In this document: positions 1 through 13,223 of the stretch, in pieces
Layout of the letters: each line of letters starts with the position of its first letter
Position numbering within the stretch: position 1 is the stretch's first letter
DNA from: Branchiostoma lanceolatum
Taxonomy: Eukaryota
NCBI RefSeq assembly: GCF_035083965.1
Contig: NC_089722.1
Coordinates: 25,291,081 to 25,355,080, forward strand
Direction: 5' to 3'
DNA length: 64,000 nt
Made by a program: the position numbers and the translations under genes
The notes under the pieces: generated by a model
Seen by the model: the letters and a program-made list of their open reading frames with translations, nothing else
What the model was told of the DNA's origin: nothing
The model's database searches: none

Positions 1-3000
1 CGAGTCGCCCATTTTGTAGGTCAAATTTTCGCATTCTTAAGTAAACTTTCACCGACATGTCAGGGGCCGGGATTCGAAATCGGCCCATTGTGTGTTGTAT
101 ATCATAACGATGTACTTCAGAGCGAGGAAACAAAGGCTGAAAAAAGCCGCTTGCTGAACACGTAAGTTCAAGGGTACCGGTATCTGGCAGTCCTCCCAGA
201 GTCACGCTTCCCGATTGACAGAGACTGATAACAGGATCACCGCCTGCGCGCCTGTAGTTATTACTACCTCCCCAGCCGACACACAACCTCAACAGGTCAA
301 CAAGCTGGCGAGGTCGCCACGTTATCTCACAGCTTGTACCTTGTCTCCTGATTGAAAGACTGTAAGTTCTCATCCGTGGCACACCGACTCCAACGTGTGT
401 GGTGACGCGGTGAGAGGTAGCAGCGCAGCAGACAGCACATGTCAGGTGCACCGGCGACGCCCGAGATTGCGTGCAGATCCTCAAGCCTACACGTACTGAG
501 CGGGCCGTTTTGTCGTAAACTACGCTGTCGTGTCAAGCTTCGACCCGACACATCGGATACCCCTCGTTTGTTTCACGACATCGTCTGAATACCGTGTCGG
601 CCCATTCCTGATCACATGCAGTTGTAATGTGTTACTCTGTCTCCGCCTGCTTTCATTCATGACTTCTTCTGTTACTTATACAGTGCAGGAGCAACAACAG
701 AAAAGGATATCCATCCAGACTCGATCACTTCTTCTTGTTGATGAATTTAAATCATCAAAATTAACAATAAAACTCAGGTGGCAAAAACAAGCGTTTTAAC
801 CATTAGTTTGAAGGATGTATTTTGTCTAAAAGCTGGCTGGATCCGTTCAAGTCCGACAATGAATTGAGCATAAATTGCGTTTGGTTATTACGGTTTTGTT
901 GCTATAGAGGGCGGCGCAATGGTCGTTAAGTAACTAGCTACAGTTGTCGCACGCTGATTGACTTCAGAGTAAACGTTTTCCAACTGCGAGGCAAAAAGCA
1001 GGCTCTTTGACACGCTACAACAAGCGATTCTGTGAGAAACTCGATCAGGGTCAAGACGCCAGAATAGAGCTTCTTTAACTGCAGGCCACCCAGGGGAAAG
1101 TGAAGTTCGCTGAGTGACACCTGGAGCACGGCCTTTCAGGAGACCCTCACAGTAAACACAACTGTCGGGAGAGATGTCGGGGCCTCCCGGGCCGGTCGTC
1201 TCGCTCTCCCGGCTGCCTTCTGTCCGGGCGTCACCTTGACAACAGTAAATAAATGCTGGTGCTACGGAGGGGACTTGGACGAGGGAGACAGTGAATCTCC
1301 ACCCCTTTTTCGAAGCTCTGAAGGTCATAACGAAAATCCTTCATCGGACGAAAATCTACGGTTTTACTTGGATTCACTGAACGAATAGATTGCCATTGTG
1401 ATGTTTATTTGGAGTGTGTGGTTTTAGATATCTGCTTCAAGTGACTCAGAACAACTCGGTTGCTGTAGCCAATCACCTCGTCTACATACGTTTCGACCCT
1501 AAATATGTTCATGAACTTACGAAACAGCAATGAAAATTAAAGTTCCCTGGATTCTAAACCTCATATGAATTAGCGTACGTCAAAATCACAGATATAGGTT
1601 ATCTTGTGTTCCATAGTGTGTTCCATGGGCTAGAGGGTTTTTAGTCACGTGACTTAATGCTACCCTGGCCGTAACTATGGGCCTATTATGGGATTCTAGA
1701 AACGTCATGATTTATTGCAGGGGGTGACATTACATTCAATTACACATTCAGAGCGTGTTGAAGTGACATTGACCTTGTGACTTCCATGCTCCCATTTTGC
1801 ACCTGGTTTCGAACGACAGCTAGTGATGAATGACGTATGGGGTCTTAGACAGCAGAGGTACGGGTGGTGTCTGGGGCCTTGGGCGGGGTCTGAGTTAGTT
1901 TTGGATCATTCTTGCAAATGATATCTTCATTACAATACACTAGCTTCATTGTTAAAACGAAATGCTGAATGGATCCATAGTTACCTTAAGACCTGCTAAG
2001 ACTAAAATGTTTATGAGTGAGTTAATGTTTCCTATTTCGTTGCCAGAAGAGCACATTCTATTTTAATACAAATCAACGGATCGTCTTAAAATTACAGAAA
2101 GTAGCATATTGAAAAACGACGCCAAAAAAGCGAGTAGTCAGAAGTCTTCTGAGTGACAAGACAGAGACAATGGATGTTACATCACAGACAGCTCCTCAGG
2201 ACTGTTGGTCCAACAGGATCTCGAACCTCGTGTATCACCTCCTGTCTGCACCGTTATCTACGAGTCCTTGACTCCGTCACGGTCGGCGTGTTCCCTGCTG
2301 AGATAAGTGCTTGTTTCCGCGCAGGATAAACAGTTGTCTGACCCTGCATAAATGTTTGGCGCAACTTAAGGTTTTCTACTTCTTCCAATCCACACACTAG
2401 GGAACAGAGTAGTCAAGGTGCGCTGTTAGGAACGACAACAACCAGCGGAATATTTACGACAAGAATAAATGACAACAAAACATATCTAACGATATCAATA
2501 AGCCTTGTGAGTTGGTTTGTGTGCACATACAGTACAACTATAGAAGCTGTGAATCACTCTGTATGATATTTGATATGTGGGTACTGAGTAGATGTCGGCA
2601 CCAATTTGATTATAGGGCCCCTGGCGACCGTTTGAAATACTGCAGCATAACATTTGGTTTTGGTGTCAACAATAGAAAATTGTATAATGCAAGCTACCAA
2701 TGCTATATGACGTAATTTGCAGAATGTATTGATTCAAACAGCTACTTTCTTCGGAAATAGCTTGTCTACCTGACACAAGAGGATCTATATCTCTTCTTAC
2801 CTTTTCCGTTATGTACTATCGTGATGAGACACATATGAGAGGGTTAGATGTTGTAATTGTATACATAATACAGAGACGAACTGTTGAAAGACACGTTGCT
2901 CTTGGCGAAGGACATGTTACAGCAGCCAAATGTTTGATGTCTCAGTTTACATAACCTGAGTTTAAAAGCTTGGCCGTTCCCCAAACTTAGCAGATGTAAG

Positions 3001-3615
3001 TTGTGAGAAGGTGTTATTTCTGTGTAAGTTATCCTTTGTTAACATTGACCTTAGACCGTCTGGCAGTTTGAAGTAGAAAACATCCGGCTGACGACTTCAA
3101 GTCTGTTTTAATTCTAAATATCCTATAAATCTAAGAGGGGTTTTCAATTTGCTTTCACTTGTTTGTTTTTCTTCCGAGTGAGGCTGGGTTTTATCCAGTG
3201 AGTGTGATTTACCGTAATGGTTGTGTTACGACTTCTGTTGATTTGTGAATGCTGATACAAATTTCATGCTGTTCTTTACAAAGACGAACTAAATTAATAC
3301 AATGATCATGAAATCATGTCTGATATCGCGGTGGTATAGTGCACTGCAGAAGAGAGAATACACTGACTGTAATGTGTAACAGACATGTATAATGACAAAC
3401 TATTTTTAGGTGCCTCTATTTTCCTAAGAACGCCAAACCAGAAGCTAGCTATAGCAGCCCCCAGTAGCCATTTCTGTAGCCGATTCAAGCAGCCCAGTCT
3501 GCACCTAGATTCGACTTCTGGTATCGCGAGACACGATCCAGCCACCAAAACCTTTTTTAAGATCTTGTTTTTATCATAGTGACATGACGTTGACCTTTTC
3601 CTTCTCTGTTCGCAG

Positions 3616-6164
3616 CAACTGGTGCGCATACACGGTGTCGAAGCAAGTGACGTGTAAGGTTAAGAACGGCTCGGCAGTCTACAAACAGGCCTACTACATG
3701 CCGGGGTGCTCCGTCTGGAAACCTGGAAACTGTTACAGGTAGGCTGGGGAGTCTCTAAAGCATGGCCGTAAGTCATGTCCCGAGTCACGAGGTCACTATT
3801 GTCTAGACTGGTGGATGTTACTGCCGTTGTGATTGAAACGACTTGTAGACCCAGGTGATTACGATGTCGAGGCGTATGTGAAAGAGAATAGAAGCTGCTA
3901 CGTAAAGCCCCCCTCTCACTGGACCCGCGGCACGCTGGTGGCGTCGCTGCGTCCTAAACTCGATTTGTGTTACCCTTGACTTTATAATGGGAATATCATT
4001 CAAAACGTACAAGCATGACCAAGAAGACAACAAAACACACACAGCTTAAAAAGATTCGTTTTTTAGGCGATACAATTCGTTGCGTGCTTTATCAATTCGA
4101 TCGACCGCAGCGACGCCGCCAGCGTGCCGCGGGGCCAGTGAGAGGGTGTCTTAACTAATCTAAGCTATGTAGCTTTGACAGTCAAATCTGTCTGCAGTGA
4201 CCACCCGATTGCAAGCAAATAGTCTGACAGAAGACAGGTGGCCACTTATTCATGTTTGGGTAAATGGGAAAAGTTAACTAAGGGACCAGCAAAAAGTGTC
4301 TGCAATGGCCAGGTGTTCTCATGGAGAGCTGGTCACTAGTTCTGGTTTGACTATGTTGATAGTGGTCGTGTTGTGGTGCACAGGCTAACATGTTCACTTC
4401 ATCTGGCAGGTACCGGCGGACAGTGCGTCCCACCTACCGAGTAGCGTACAAGACAGTCACGGCCATGGAGTGGAGGTGCTGCCCAGGCTTCCAAGGAGCT
4501 ACCTGTCAGGACAGTACGTAAACTAGCAGGCTAGCAAACTCCGTGCCCGGCGTTCGTTTCTTCCATTCTTTCTGTCATTTTTCCTAATATGTGCCAGAGG
4601 CCACTATGACCAGATTATCATAATATTGGTGTCTTTACACAGCTTGCTTCAACTGCAGCCGTCTTGAAGCTCTAGAGAAGCGGATGAGTGTTCTGGAGAA
4701 CACAGTAAGTCGAATTCGAAGCATCTCGAGCTCACTCACTTTGTTTCCATTCAATGGCTGTAAAATATGTGCCGTTTTCATGAAATTGAATAATTCACTG
4801 ACTTCCGTCAGCTACCGTAACAAACAGCTACGACTCTTTAGTTTCTGGGAGTAACGTTAACGTTACAGAACAAACCATACACGACTACATCTTGCAGTCT
4901 TATCAATCTGTGTATCAATCTCTTCCTATTCAATGTTAAATGTTCTGTTCGCAGGAAATATCGGCTGGTACTACTAGTGGTACTGATACGAAGGACTCAG
5001 ATTTACCGGTCGGCCCGCCCCCTGCAACGGACGGGAAGAAAGCGGAGGTGCTACCGACAGGACCCACAGGACCCGTTGGTCCCCGCGGCCCGCCGGGTCC
5101 CCCAGGGATTCCCGGGCGTGCGGGTCCCGAGGGCCCACGGGGAAGACCCGGGGCACAAGGACTTACCGGTCCGCAAGGGCCTCCGGGACAGCCGGGCTTA
5201 CGGGGAGAAATTGGATTACCTGGGCAACGGGGTGAGTTAGCGAATGTTGAAGGTTTTACTTCGGTGAGTTGTTGCCGGTACGAGACAAAAGTAATGATTT
5301 AGACGACAACAAGGGATATAATTATCAAACTGGGTCGACTGCCTTCATATACCCCTGCAATGTCTGATAGTCTACCGGTATCCCGCCATTCACTGATCAA
5401 TTAATAATGGACACCAAAATGGCGACAATGACGTCACATAAATATGGTATTTTGTGCAGGCGAGCCGGGCATACCTGGGGCGCCAGGATTTTCCATGGAG
5501 GACTTGCCTGAGGGCATGCCTGACATGGCGGCCTTACTCCGCAAGGTGGACCTTCTAGCGAACAGAGTATCCTTACTGGAGGAACTGATGGCAGTGACGT
5601 CAGAAGGTATGAAACCTATCGCGTAATTTAGCGTCCGCTAATTGATGGTTAAAGACGCGTGTCACTTTCCTGTACATTAACTTGAGGGTAATTCGTAGCG
5701 ACTAAATTTTGCGTAATTGCCTTCCCTGATTCTAGCATAATACCTATTAATTCAGCGCAAAGCATTGTCGGGACCCCCATGCATGCCCTCTAACATGTAT
5801 GGATCATGGAGACATAAAGAGAACTCAATCGGTTGTGACTCATAACGAAGAATAATTATGATTGTTCTGTCGCCATCCATCAACAGCCGGTGGGTTTCTG
5901 CCCGGTGGGGGACCGTCCTTACGCCCAGGACCGGGAACGTCACCTATACCTGAAGTCTCGTCCCCCGACGCCTCCCCGGGACCCGGTCCTGACGTCATAC
6001 CCGGATCTGACACGTCACCAACTCCTGCTGAGCTCCCCGAACCTGACGTCTTCAGTCCTGAGGGAAGACCTGGCTCTACCATATACCCAGTGTACCCCGG
6101 GCCTGACTATGAAGGTTCAGGCGACCACAATCTACCATTCCTATTTGAGAGCGAGACCGTATGA
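3616..6164 (+). CDS. EMI-domain / short-collagen secreted protein (EMID/Emu-like), partial: 6 exons visible, 5' signal-peptide exon not found
   Basis: Exons about 3616-3737, 4410-4513, 4643-4704, 4955-5231, 5460-5606 and 5887-6164 (stop TGA 6162-6164). Exons 1-2 translate to [41 protein letters not shown] / [34 protein letters not shown], which is the EMI-domain cysteine pattern including the CCPG motif. Exon 4 has 24 uninterrupted Gly-X-Y triplets ([28 protein letters not shown]...). Exon 5 has a heptad-like [19 protein letters not shown]. Exon 6 is a Pro/Ser/Asp-rich tail. All junctions have AG/GT sites and the exon phases are consistent (1,0,1,1). Confidence 0.8.
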
Positions 6165-6894
6165 CGTAATACTGTGTGTACGTTACGTAACGGTTTTAAC
6201 AGTTACGTCTCTGCGTGACTCTAAGAGATCCATTTTACACAAAACACTTTACCTGAGTTATGACATTTCTAAGTACAGTAATAGCAAAATGTGTATCACT
6301 TGTCAAGAATAAAGATACCAGAACACTACATTTAAGACAATGAGACGTGCCAGTTAGATAGAATTTATGTTCAAAACGTATAACGTTTTTATCATAAGAA
6401 AGACAGAGTCCCTTTAAGCATAGACGTATTCTATATATCAAAGATAGTGATATGTGTTATTCTATATCAGAAGTCTGAAGCATTCCTCACAGTTTTTGTC
6501 TTTCATCTGAATATTCTAAAATTTCAAGAATATGGCATCATCTAGGGATTCAATTTAGTCATGTTGTCATTATTCTATTGGATATTAAACTTTTATTTCA
6601 AGATATATATTAGATATATATGTGTATACATGTATAACTATATCAGTCTCAAGTAAAGACAGACTGGCTTTATGTTACAACAGTTTTAATGCCACGTACT
6701 TGTGTGGTTCGAATTTCCAGTTTCCAATGGCAAAAATAAACAACAGGCAAACTTAAGGTTTTGATAGTTTTCCAGAAGGCTAGATATGCCGGTGTTGTCA
6801 TAATTCTGCAATACGACCTGCAATTACCTACTTCTGAAGGTCAACAGACGACATGTCGACAGTTGGTGATGAAATGTCCTCTCCGAGCAACGTT

Positions 6895-7205
6895 TCATCC
6901 TAATGATCTCCCCAGTAGTCCGTCTGGTTGCGGGCAACTTTGGAATGACAACTCTTTGATGTAGTCCAAGTCTATATATATAGCACGTTTGGCACTGTAC
7001 TCGGAAGATTTGTGAAATGACACTTTCCAAATCAAGAACACCCAGAAATTTCAATTACATAAGACAGTAGGATGTCTGGTTGCGGGCGGCTTTGGAATGA
7101 CACCTGTGTTTAGTCTAAGTCTACGTATATTACGTTCGGCACTGCACTCGAAACATTTGTGAAATGTCCCTTTCCTAATCAAAAACGCCCAGAAATTCTA
7201 AGTAT
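6895..7205. repeat. Local tandem duplication, two copies of about 150 bp
   Basis: 6911-7060 (gtccgtctggttgcgggcaactttggaatgaca...cagaaatttcaatta) matches 7066-7205 (gatgtctggttgcgggcggctttggaatgaca...cagaaattctaagta). Confidence 0.7.
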
Positions 7206-7300
7206 ATACTCACATAGACGAAACAGGGTAGGGATTTCTCGGTCATATTATTGTTGCAACAGTCTTGATTAACCTCAGGTTTGTAAGCTACTTCTGCAGT

Positions 7301-10300
7301 CTAAGTCCCTGGCTCCCGTCGCCTAGAGATGACGTACTCGATGTAGCTGATCATTCCGTCGTTGTTTGTATCATCTTCAGACAGGATCTTGTCCACAAGT
7401 CCTGGTGAGAAAATTACAATAGTGACATTGGCTGACATATTAGTGTGAGCAATACTGGTCTTCTGGTCATCACTTGATAACGTACAAGTGTGGCTTGACT
7501 ATCACATTGCTGGTTCTAGAAGTGTTTTGTACACAGTCAATACCAGTAGCTCTACTTCCCACTGCTAGGTGGCGCTGCAGTGGGAAGGATGTGGTCCCAA
7601 CCGTGACTAAGCTTGTATCCCCCCTCATCACGAGTCATGACTCATGCCTAAAGTAGATTCAACAACTTTATTGTCACGAGGAAGCTTAAGGTAGCAGAAG
7701 AATTACTGAAACGTTGGCAGGTAATTGGCATTGTTTGTGTACAAAGAACCTTGTTACCCAGTTATTTACCAACGCAACCTGATGAAACTATTCCTCTGAA
7801 GTACAGCCAGTAGGTATCCATCTGAGTTGTAGTGCCTTTTAACGTGCTAGAGGTACCTCCTCGATCACAGGACCCCAATTCTGCATCCCTTCCAAAAGAC
7901 GAATGCAGCTCCAACCAGGATGCCCTCCCCTTGAGGTTCTACCTGTAAATACGGCCATCCTCTCCTCGTGTTCCCTGTTAGTCCGCTCCCGTTCCTGCTC
8001 CACCGTCTCTCCCTCCGGAGCCGGCCGCCGGAAACTGTCGTAGTCGGAATTGTGGGATACCGCCGCCATGATCTCTAACCCGTCCAGATGGAGGTCTTTG
8101 TCGCTATCGTGAGACCTGACGTCATACATTAAGGGGAATGAACATGTGTCAATATATTGGTAAAGGCGGTTAAATTAGCTTACTCTTGTTTTGCGCAAGG
8201 ATGATGAGCAACTGTAATCGGATAGTTCTTAACTGTTTTTATTTTAGATAAAAACGCCCCAGACACTTTGTTCAGTCTTACACTCGATGTCGTACTTTAA
8301 TGTAGAGCAGCTCACATCACAAGGTATGTTTTGTGTTTTTGTATTGCTCGTAGTGTACATCACAACATATAGACTCTGAGTCGCACAAAAATGAAGTCTT
8401 AAGTAAATTTCATACTTGAAGAAATGAAACTCTCTCTCCGCTGGGGTCATGTTGTTGATGTCCTCTTCAGACAGCTCCTTGACGTGTTCCTTTAGATGTC
8501 TGAAAAATACATATGCATGGATAGATATGTACTTAAGCGTATGTATATACGTAGAGCGAGAGAGAGATAGTCGTTCGAGCGCAGTATCTGTAACAACAGC
8601 AAGATGGCGTGGTTGCATTCTTATCAGCAATATTTTTCGGTCATTCATCGCGGCAAATTAAAGTTACTTAATATAGAGCCAACGATACGCTATCTAAATT
8701 GATATAGGCTCTAACTACCAACCTGTCTCTGTTGCTAAAGTTATTACATCTAAATGATGACCAGATGTTCGTTTTCCCATACACAGAAAAGTACCAGTAA
8801 CGTTTTGTTTACTCTGTTAGGCCCTGTTGCTAAAACAAAGCATAGCGAATCACCTACCACGTAGACCTCGAAAATGTAAACATCTAGGAACCCTAATACC
8901 CTATGACTGGGAACAATTTAAGTTTTTCTTCGTCAAGTTTTGAACGCAACTGAGAAGCCATTAAGAATATGTACTACATACTGAACAAGCAGTTTAACAC
9001 GAGTAATGTAAGACCTTTGCGACAGGTACAAATATATTATATAACTAGACTGGCCGTCATTTGCTTTAAGAGCAAATTCAGGATGTTTCGCCCATACTCC
9101 TCATGCAAGAAGTGGGCTGTCCAAAAATAACTCCTGGGCAAATCCAAGTTTCTGCATAATTTATGCAAATGAGGTCCTCATGAGCATAAGTTATGTCCAG
9201 GTGCTTTCACCTTTCCTACATGTACCTACATGTAGAAGATGACATCCACAGCTTTTACAGTAAGGGGAATACAACATCATGCATAAATTATGCAAGTGAG
9301 GTCCCCATTAGCATATGTCATGGCCAGGCGTGTGCACCTTTCCTAAAGCTACCTACATGTCAAAGATGACATCTGCAGCTTGTACGGTAAGGGAAATACA
9401 AGTTTCAGCATAAATTATGTAAACGAGGTCCTCATTAGCATAATTTTTGGCCAGGTGCATTCACCTTTCCTAAAGGTACCTACATCTCAAAGATGACATC
9501 CGCAGCATTTACGGTAAGGGACATACAACTCTATGCATACATTATGCGAATTAGGTCCTCATTAGCATAAGTAATTGTCAGGTGTAGTCACCTTTCCTAT
9601 AGGTACCTACATCTCAAATATAACATCCGTACCATGTAACATAAGGTACATATAACTTTCTGTAATACCATTAGTAGAGGTACCCCCTGACATCTGCTTG
9701 GTTTTAAGTCCCAGACATGTAGGAGGGCTTATGTTACAGTATGACCTAGTTCTTGCTGGCCCCGACAGAAAATAACCAAAAATTGCATCAAAAATTGCAA
9801 AATAAATCATTTTGAAGTAGTGTATGCCAAAAAAAATAATGGGGTCCTTTGGGTAAATATCCAATGCACAACTAAACCAAATTTCAGGTCCTCAGGTTTC
9901 AACACCACGGCACTGGAGGCCATCATGTGCGACTTTTGTCTGAAAATGACCAAAAAACCTCCATAAAATCATTTTAAAAACTTATATCAAAAAAATTTAA
10001 AAAGGGTCTAGGGGTATGCACGTACTCTACCTGCATACCAAATTTCAGCTAATTTGGTCGACGGACGACCGAGAAGAAGCGATTTGAAGGTTTGACAGGA
10101 GAAGAAGAAGAAGAAGAAGAAGGAGAAGAAACCTTACAAAAACAATATGTTTCGTTGGCGAAACATAATAATTAATGCCTGTGTGGCTTCAAACCTCTCA
10201 CGCGTGATAAACTCTCAAAGCTGTGACATTCCCATATGTCAGATAGACGCTGAGTCTATATCACACACCTTACCCCTTGTCCTGAAGCATCTGAGCGTCG

Positions 10301-10422
10301 CGAAATTTGTTCTCGCCGTACCCCTCGGGAGACAGGCCCCGCGTCTGTGGGACCACGAGCAGGAGCAGGGCCCCGACAACAGCCGAGAGGACAGCCGGCG
10401 ACATGGCTACAGTACCCGCCAT
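7301..10422 (-). CDS. MCFD2-like secreted two-EF-hand protein, array copy A (4 exons)
   Basis: Exons on the - strand are about 10422-10279 (MAGTVAMSPAVLSAVVGALLLLVVPQTRG..ENKFRDAQMLQDK, a signal peptide), 8520-8415 (HLKEHVKELSEEDINNMTPAEREFHFFK), 8115-7943 ([21 protein letters not shown].., EF-hand 1 with a charged insertion) and 7401-7301 ([34 protein letters not shown]-hand 2). Donors are GTAAGG/GTATGA/GTAGAA. This layout matches vertebrate MCFD2 (…[27 protein letters not shown]…[21 protein letters not shown]). Confidence 0.75.
9130..9680. repeat. Tandem repeat with a unit of about 125 bp, about 4.5 copies
   Basis: gcataaattatgcaa(a/g)tgaggtcc...cacctttcctaaaggtacctacatgt...agatgacatccacagc...acggtaagggaaatacaa recurs at about 9155, 9279, 9408 and 9535. 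Confidence 0.8.
9650..10140. mobile_element. SINE-like dispersed repeat ending in a (GAA)n tail (other copies at 46700-47005 and 53089-53394)
   Basis: It carries two internal copies of a tacctgcataccaaatttcaggtc(a)tttggtc motif, then cgatttgaagatttgacagga(g)gagaagaagaag... The same architecture appears at all three sites, with a partial copy at 46150-46200. Confidence 0.5.
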
Positions 10423-11248
10423 CCAAATGTCACAGATGCGATAGAACTAGTATCGCCCTGTTATCTTTGCAATCGTCGTGTGACCGTTTGTAAATGTTTA
10501 ACTAACATTGTTTCTCATATCAACGACTGCCTTATCAGTCACTGTAAAACGCCTAAAAGATTATTATGTCGGTCATTTTTATGTGTACCTTATCGTATAT
10601 TTTTACAGGGAGGGGTTGCTAGCCCTTTCCCTTAACGTGCTAGAGGCACCTCCTCGAACACGAGACCTCCATTTCACCCTTCTTAAGACGGGTGCAGACT
10701 CAACCGAGATATCTTTCCCAGAATTGAACCGGGGTCTCCCAGTTAGCAACTAGTTGGAACCGGGAGCTCAACTCTGAGGCCGCTACTAGTTTAGCTACAG
10801 GGACAGCCCTGGTATCATTTATGCCATACACCAAATGCCGACGGTCTGATAGTTTGTGACAAGCCTAGGTTCTATCCATCGAAATATGATGTGAAGCGTG
10901 AACATGTCAAGGCAATTCACTGTACATCGTAGATGCAAACAAGCAATCAACAACTCGTTTGAATACATTCAACAAATTTTCTTTATTTGTCATACATGTA
11001 GTCAACGACCGTCTGTTCATTCATTCATTTTTACCATGCAAACACGATGCACAACAAATACGAGAAAGACTGTTTTCTATAAGTCAGACAGAAAAGCACA
11101 GCTCAGACTGCGCTTTTTAAATTTGAGAGGCTTTCTAACTGGTATAAACTTTTTCCTAATAGCTACTACTGTATTCGATGACTTGTCATGTTAATCAACT
11201 AGCTTGCTCTAGTTGAGTTGTTTTCAGTCTCCCCTTGTCAAAGACTAT

Positions 11249-13223
11249 CCTATTGGTTTAGTTGGGTATTCAGGTCCTTTTGTCGCTGCTGCTGCGAGGC
11301 TTGTACGTCTTTTTCATGTCTGCGTCTGGAGATGACGTACTCGATGTAACTCATCATGCCGTCGTCGTCGGTGTCATCTTGCTCCAGGATCTTGTCAACC
11401 ATGCCTTAAGATGACGACATAAAAATAACAGAGTATTGTTTATCATTTCTTAACATTTAGTGGTAGCACTTTTAATATGATGTGTGTTTTGAGTGTTATT
11501 TTGTATTTCCTTTAGCACAATTGTGTTCAGGGCAAATATATGCATGTAGGCATGAGGTATATTTGAATACACGATGAAAAATCGTGTTACCCATGTTACA
11601 GTACGCTCGGTCGTGACGTCTCATGGCAGGCCCTAATGCTAAAAGTGCGTGCACTTTTACTTGCTTGCTAACCTTTGTCAAAGGCGCCATGCATTCAAAT
11701 ATTTTCCCTTATACTTTACCATACAGTTACACAGCGACAGAAATGCACTTTAGTCTGTAGGAGGCGTTGTGGATCTACACCAGTTATTCGAACCATGATG
11801 AGGGGGGATACAAACTTAGTAACGGTTGGGACCACATCCTACTTACTGCAGCGCCACCTAGCTTTTTTTCTAGTCATGACATAAGGCGGACCTGTTAAAA
11901 AGTTGAGTCTCTCCTGGTGTTCTCGGTACCTCCTGGCGCGCGTCTGTTCGGGAGTCTCGTGCTCGGGCGCGGGTTGCTCGGCCGGCTGTCTGTGGGAGTG
12001 CTGGTGATCGATGGCCGCCATGATCTCCAGACCGTCCAGCTTCAGGTTCTTATCCGTGTCGTGGGACCTTCGCAGAAAGGAGGGGTTGATATAAGCCAGT
12101 GGATAATGGAAGAAAGGAAAAACTTAGCAATGAACAATAAGCGAAAATGAAAGAAGGCATGGCCTCGACACAATTGTCAGATATGGTACAAAACTACAAT
12201 TTCCAACTTGTCTTAACTCGTGTTCTTACGAGAGCTAACGTACTTGAAGAAATGGAACTCCAGTTCTTCGGGTGACATCTGGTTGATCTGTTCCTGGGTC
12301 AGCTCCTGTACGTGTTCCTTCAGGTGACTACATGGAAACAACATCATAAAACTTATATCAAAGCTCAAATGGCATGGAGCATACTTAAGAAAAATTATCA
12401 TCGCAATCCATCCAGAGGTTCATCACCACAAATACCAGGATATAAACACACACACATGCACTCACACACTCACACACACACGCACGCACCCTCACACACA
12501 AACACACTCACACACAAAAAAAAAACAAAAAAACACAAACACACCAAAAACAATACCTCTATTTCAAGTGAGGTAATAACGACGTTTTTTTACTTTGTTT
12601 GCATTTGCTATCCAACCCACAAGAGGGTGAATTTGAGTGGACCAGATGCTCCAATTCACACGCCGTTAACAACAACCTATATATATATCGCTCGGAAAAC
12701 CTTTGTTGAGAGAGACGCACAAGAAACATCACCTAATCGCTGTAAGTTGTAACAAGAGGTGCCCACCAACTGGAATAAAATGGCCTTGAAGTTGCTTGAG
12801 GAAAAGCTAATGTTGGTTTATTTATCTCCGATCAATATGTTTTAGAAGAACAAAGGTCAGAATAAAAGTACAGTATTATCCGATATGTGTACTTGCTCGT
12901 TACGTACACCATTTGCAAAATTGATTCATCTTGTGAACATGGTACAAAACATTCGTGTATTCCTCACTTAATTCAATCAATCCATGGGTAACTACTCAAA
13001 TCAAATTGAAACACAAAATAATTCTTTAATGTTGTGACAAAATTATCCATATGGTACCATGTTATGCCATATGGCTTGAATATACAAGAGAACGTTACCT
13101 CTTGTCCTGTACCATGGACGGATCCCGAAACCTGTTTTCATTCTGTTCGGCATCTGTACCGAACACGTTATGCGCCAGAAGTAGAGTCACCCCGACTGCA
13201 AAGCAAGACCACAACCCAGCCAT
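11249..13223 (-). CDS. MCFD2-like secreted two-EF-hand protein, array copy B (4 exons)
   Basis: Exons are about 13223-13101 (MAGLWSCFAVGVTLLLAHNVFGTDAEQNENRFRDPSMVQDK), 12334-12249 ([28 protein letters not shown]), 12071-11896 ([31 protein letters not shown]...RLNFLT) and 11402-11249 ([50 protein letters not shown]). Exon phases are the same as copy A. Confidence 0.75.
12437..12545. repeat. (CA)n/(CACACA)-rich microsatellite followed by poly-A
   Basis: cacacacatgcactcacacactcacacacacacgcacgc... Confidence 0.9.

Noticed and set aside
888-1328. 146-aa - strand ORF upstream of the EMI gene
   Set aside because: It has no recognisable domain and no splice or Kozak context, and it lies in a GC-rich stretch where a random ORF of this length is plausible.
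2160-3300. Search for the signal-peptide exon of the EMI-collagen gene
   Set aside because: Candidate ATGs such as 3218 (MVVLRLLLICEC*) terminate immediately. No convincing hydrophobic-leader exon with a donor in the right phase (phase 2) was found, so none is reported.
10147-10635. 162-aa + strand ORF
   Set aside because: It overlaps exon 1 of MCFD2-like copy A on the opposite strand. It has no domain-like features and is Cys/Ser-rich noise, so it is a likely antisense artefact.
12312-12752. 146-aa + strand ORF with an HTHTHT stretch
   Set aside because: It is driven by the (CA)n microsatellite and antisense to copy B exon 2, so it is not coding.
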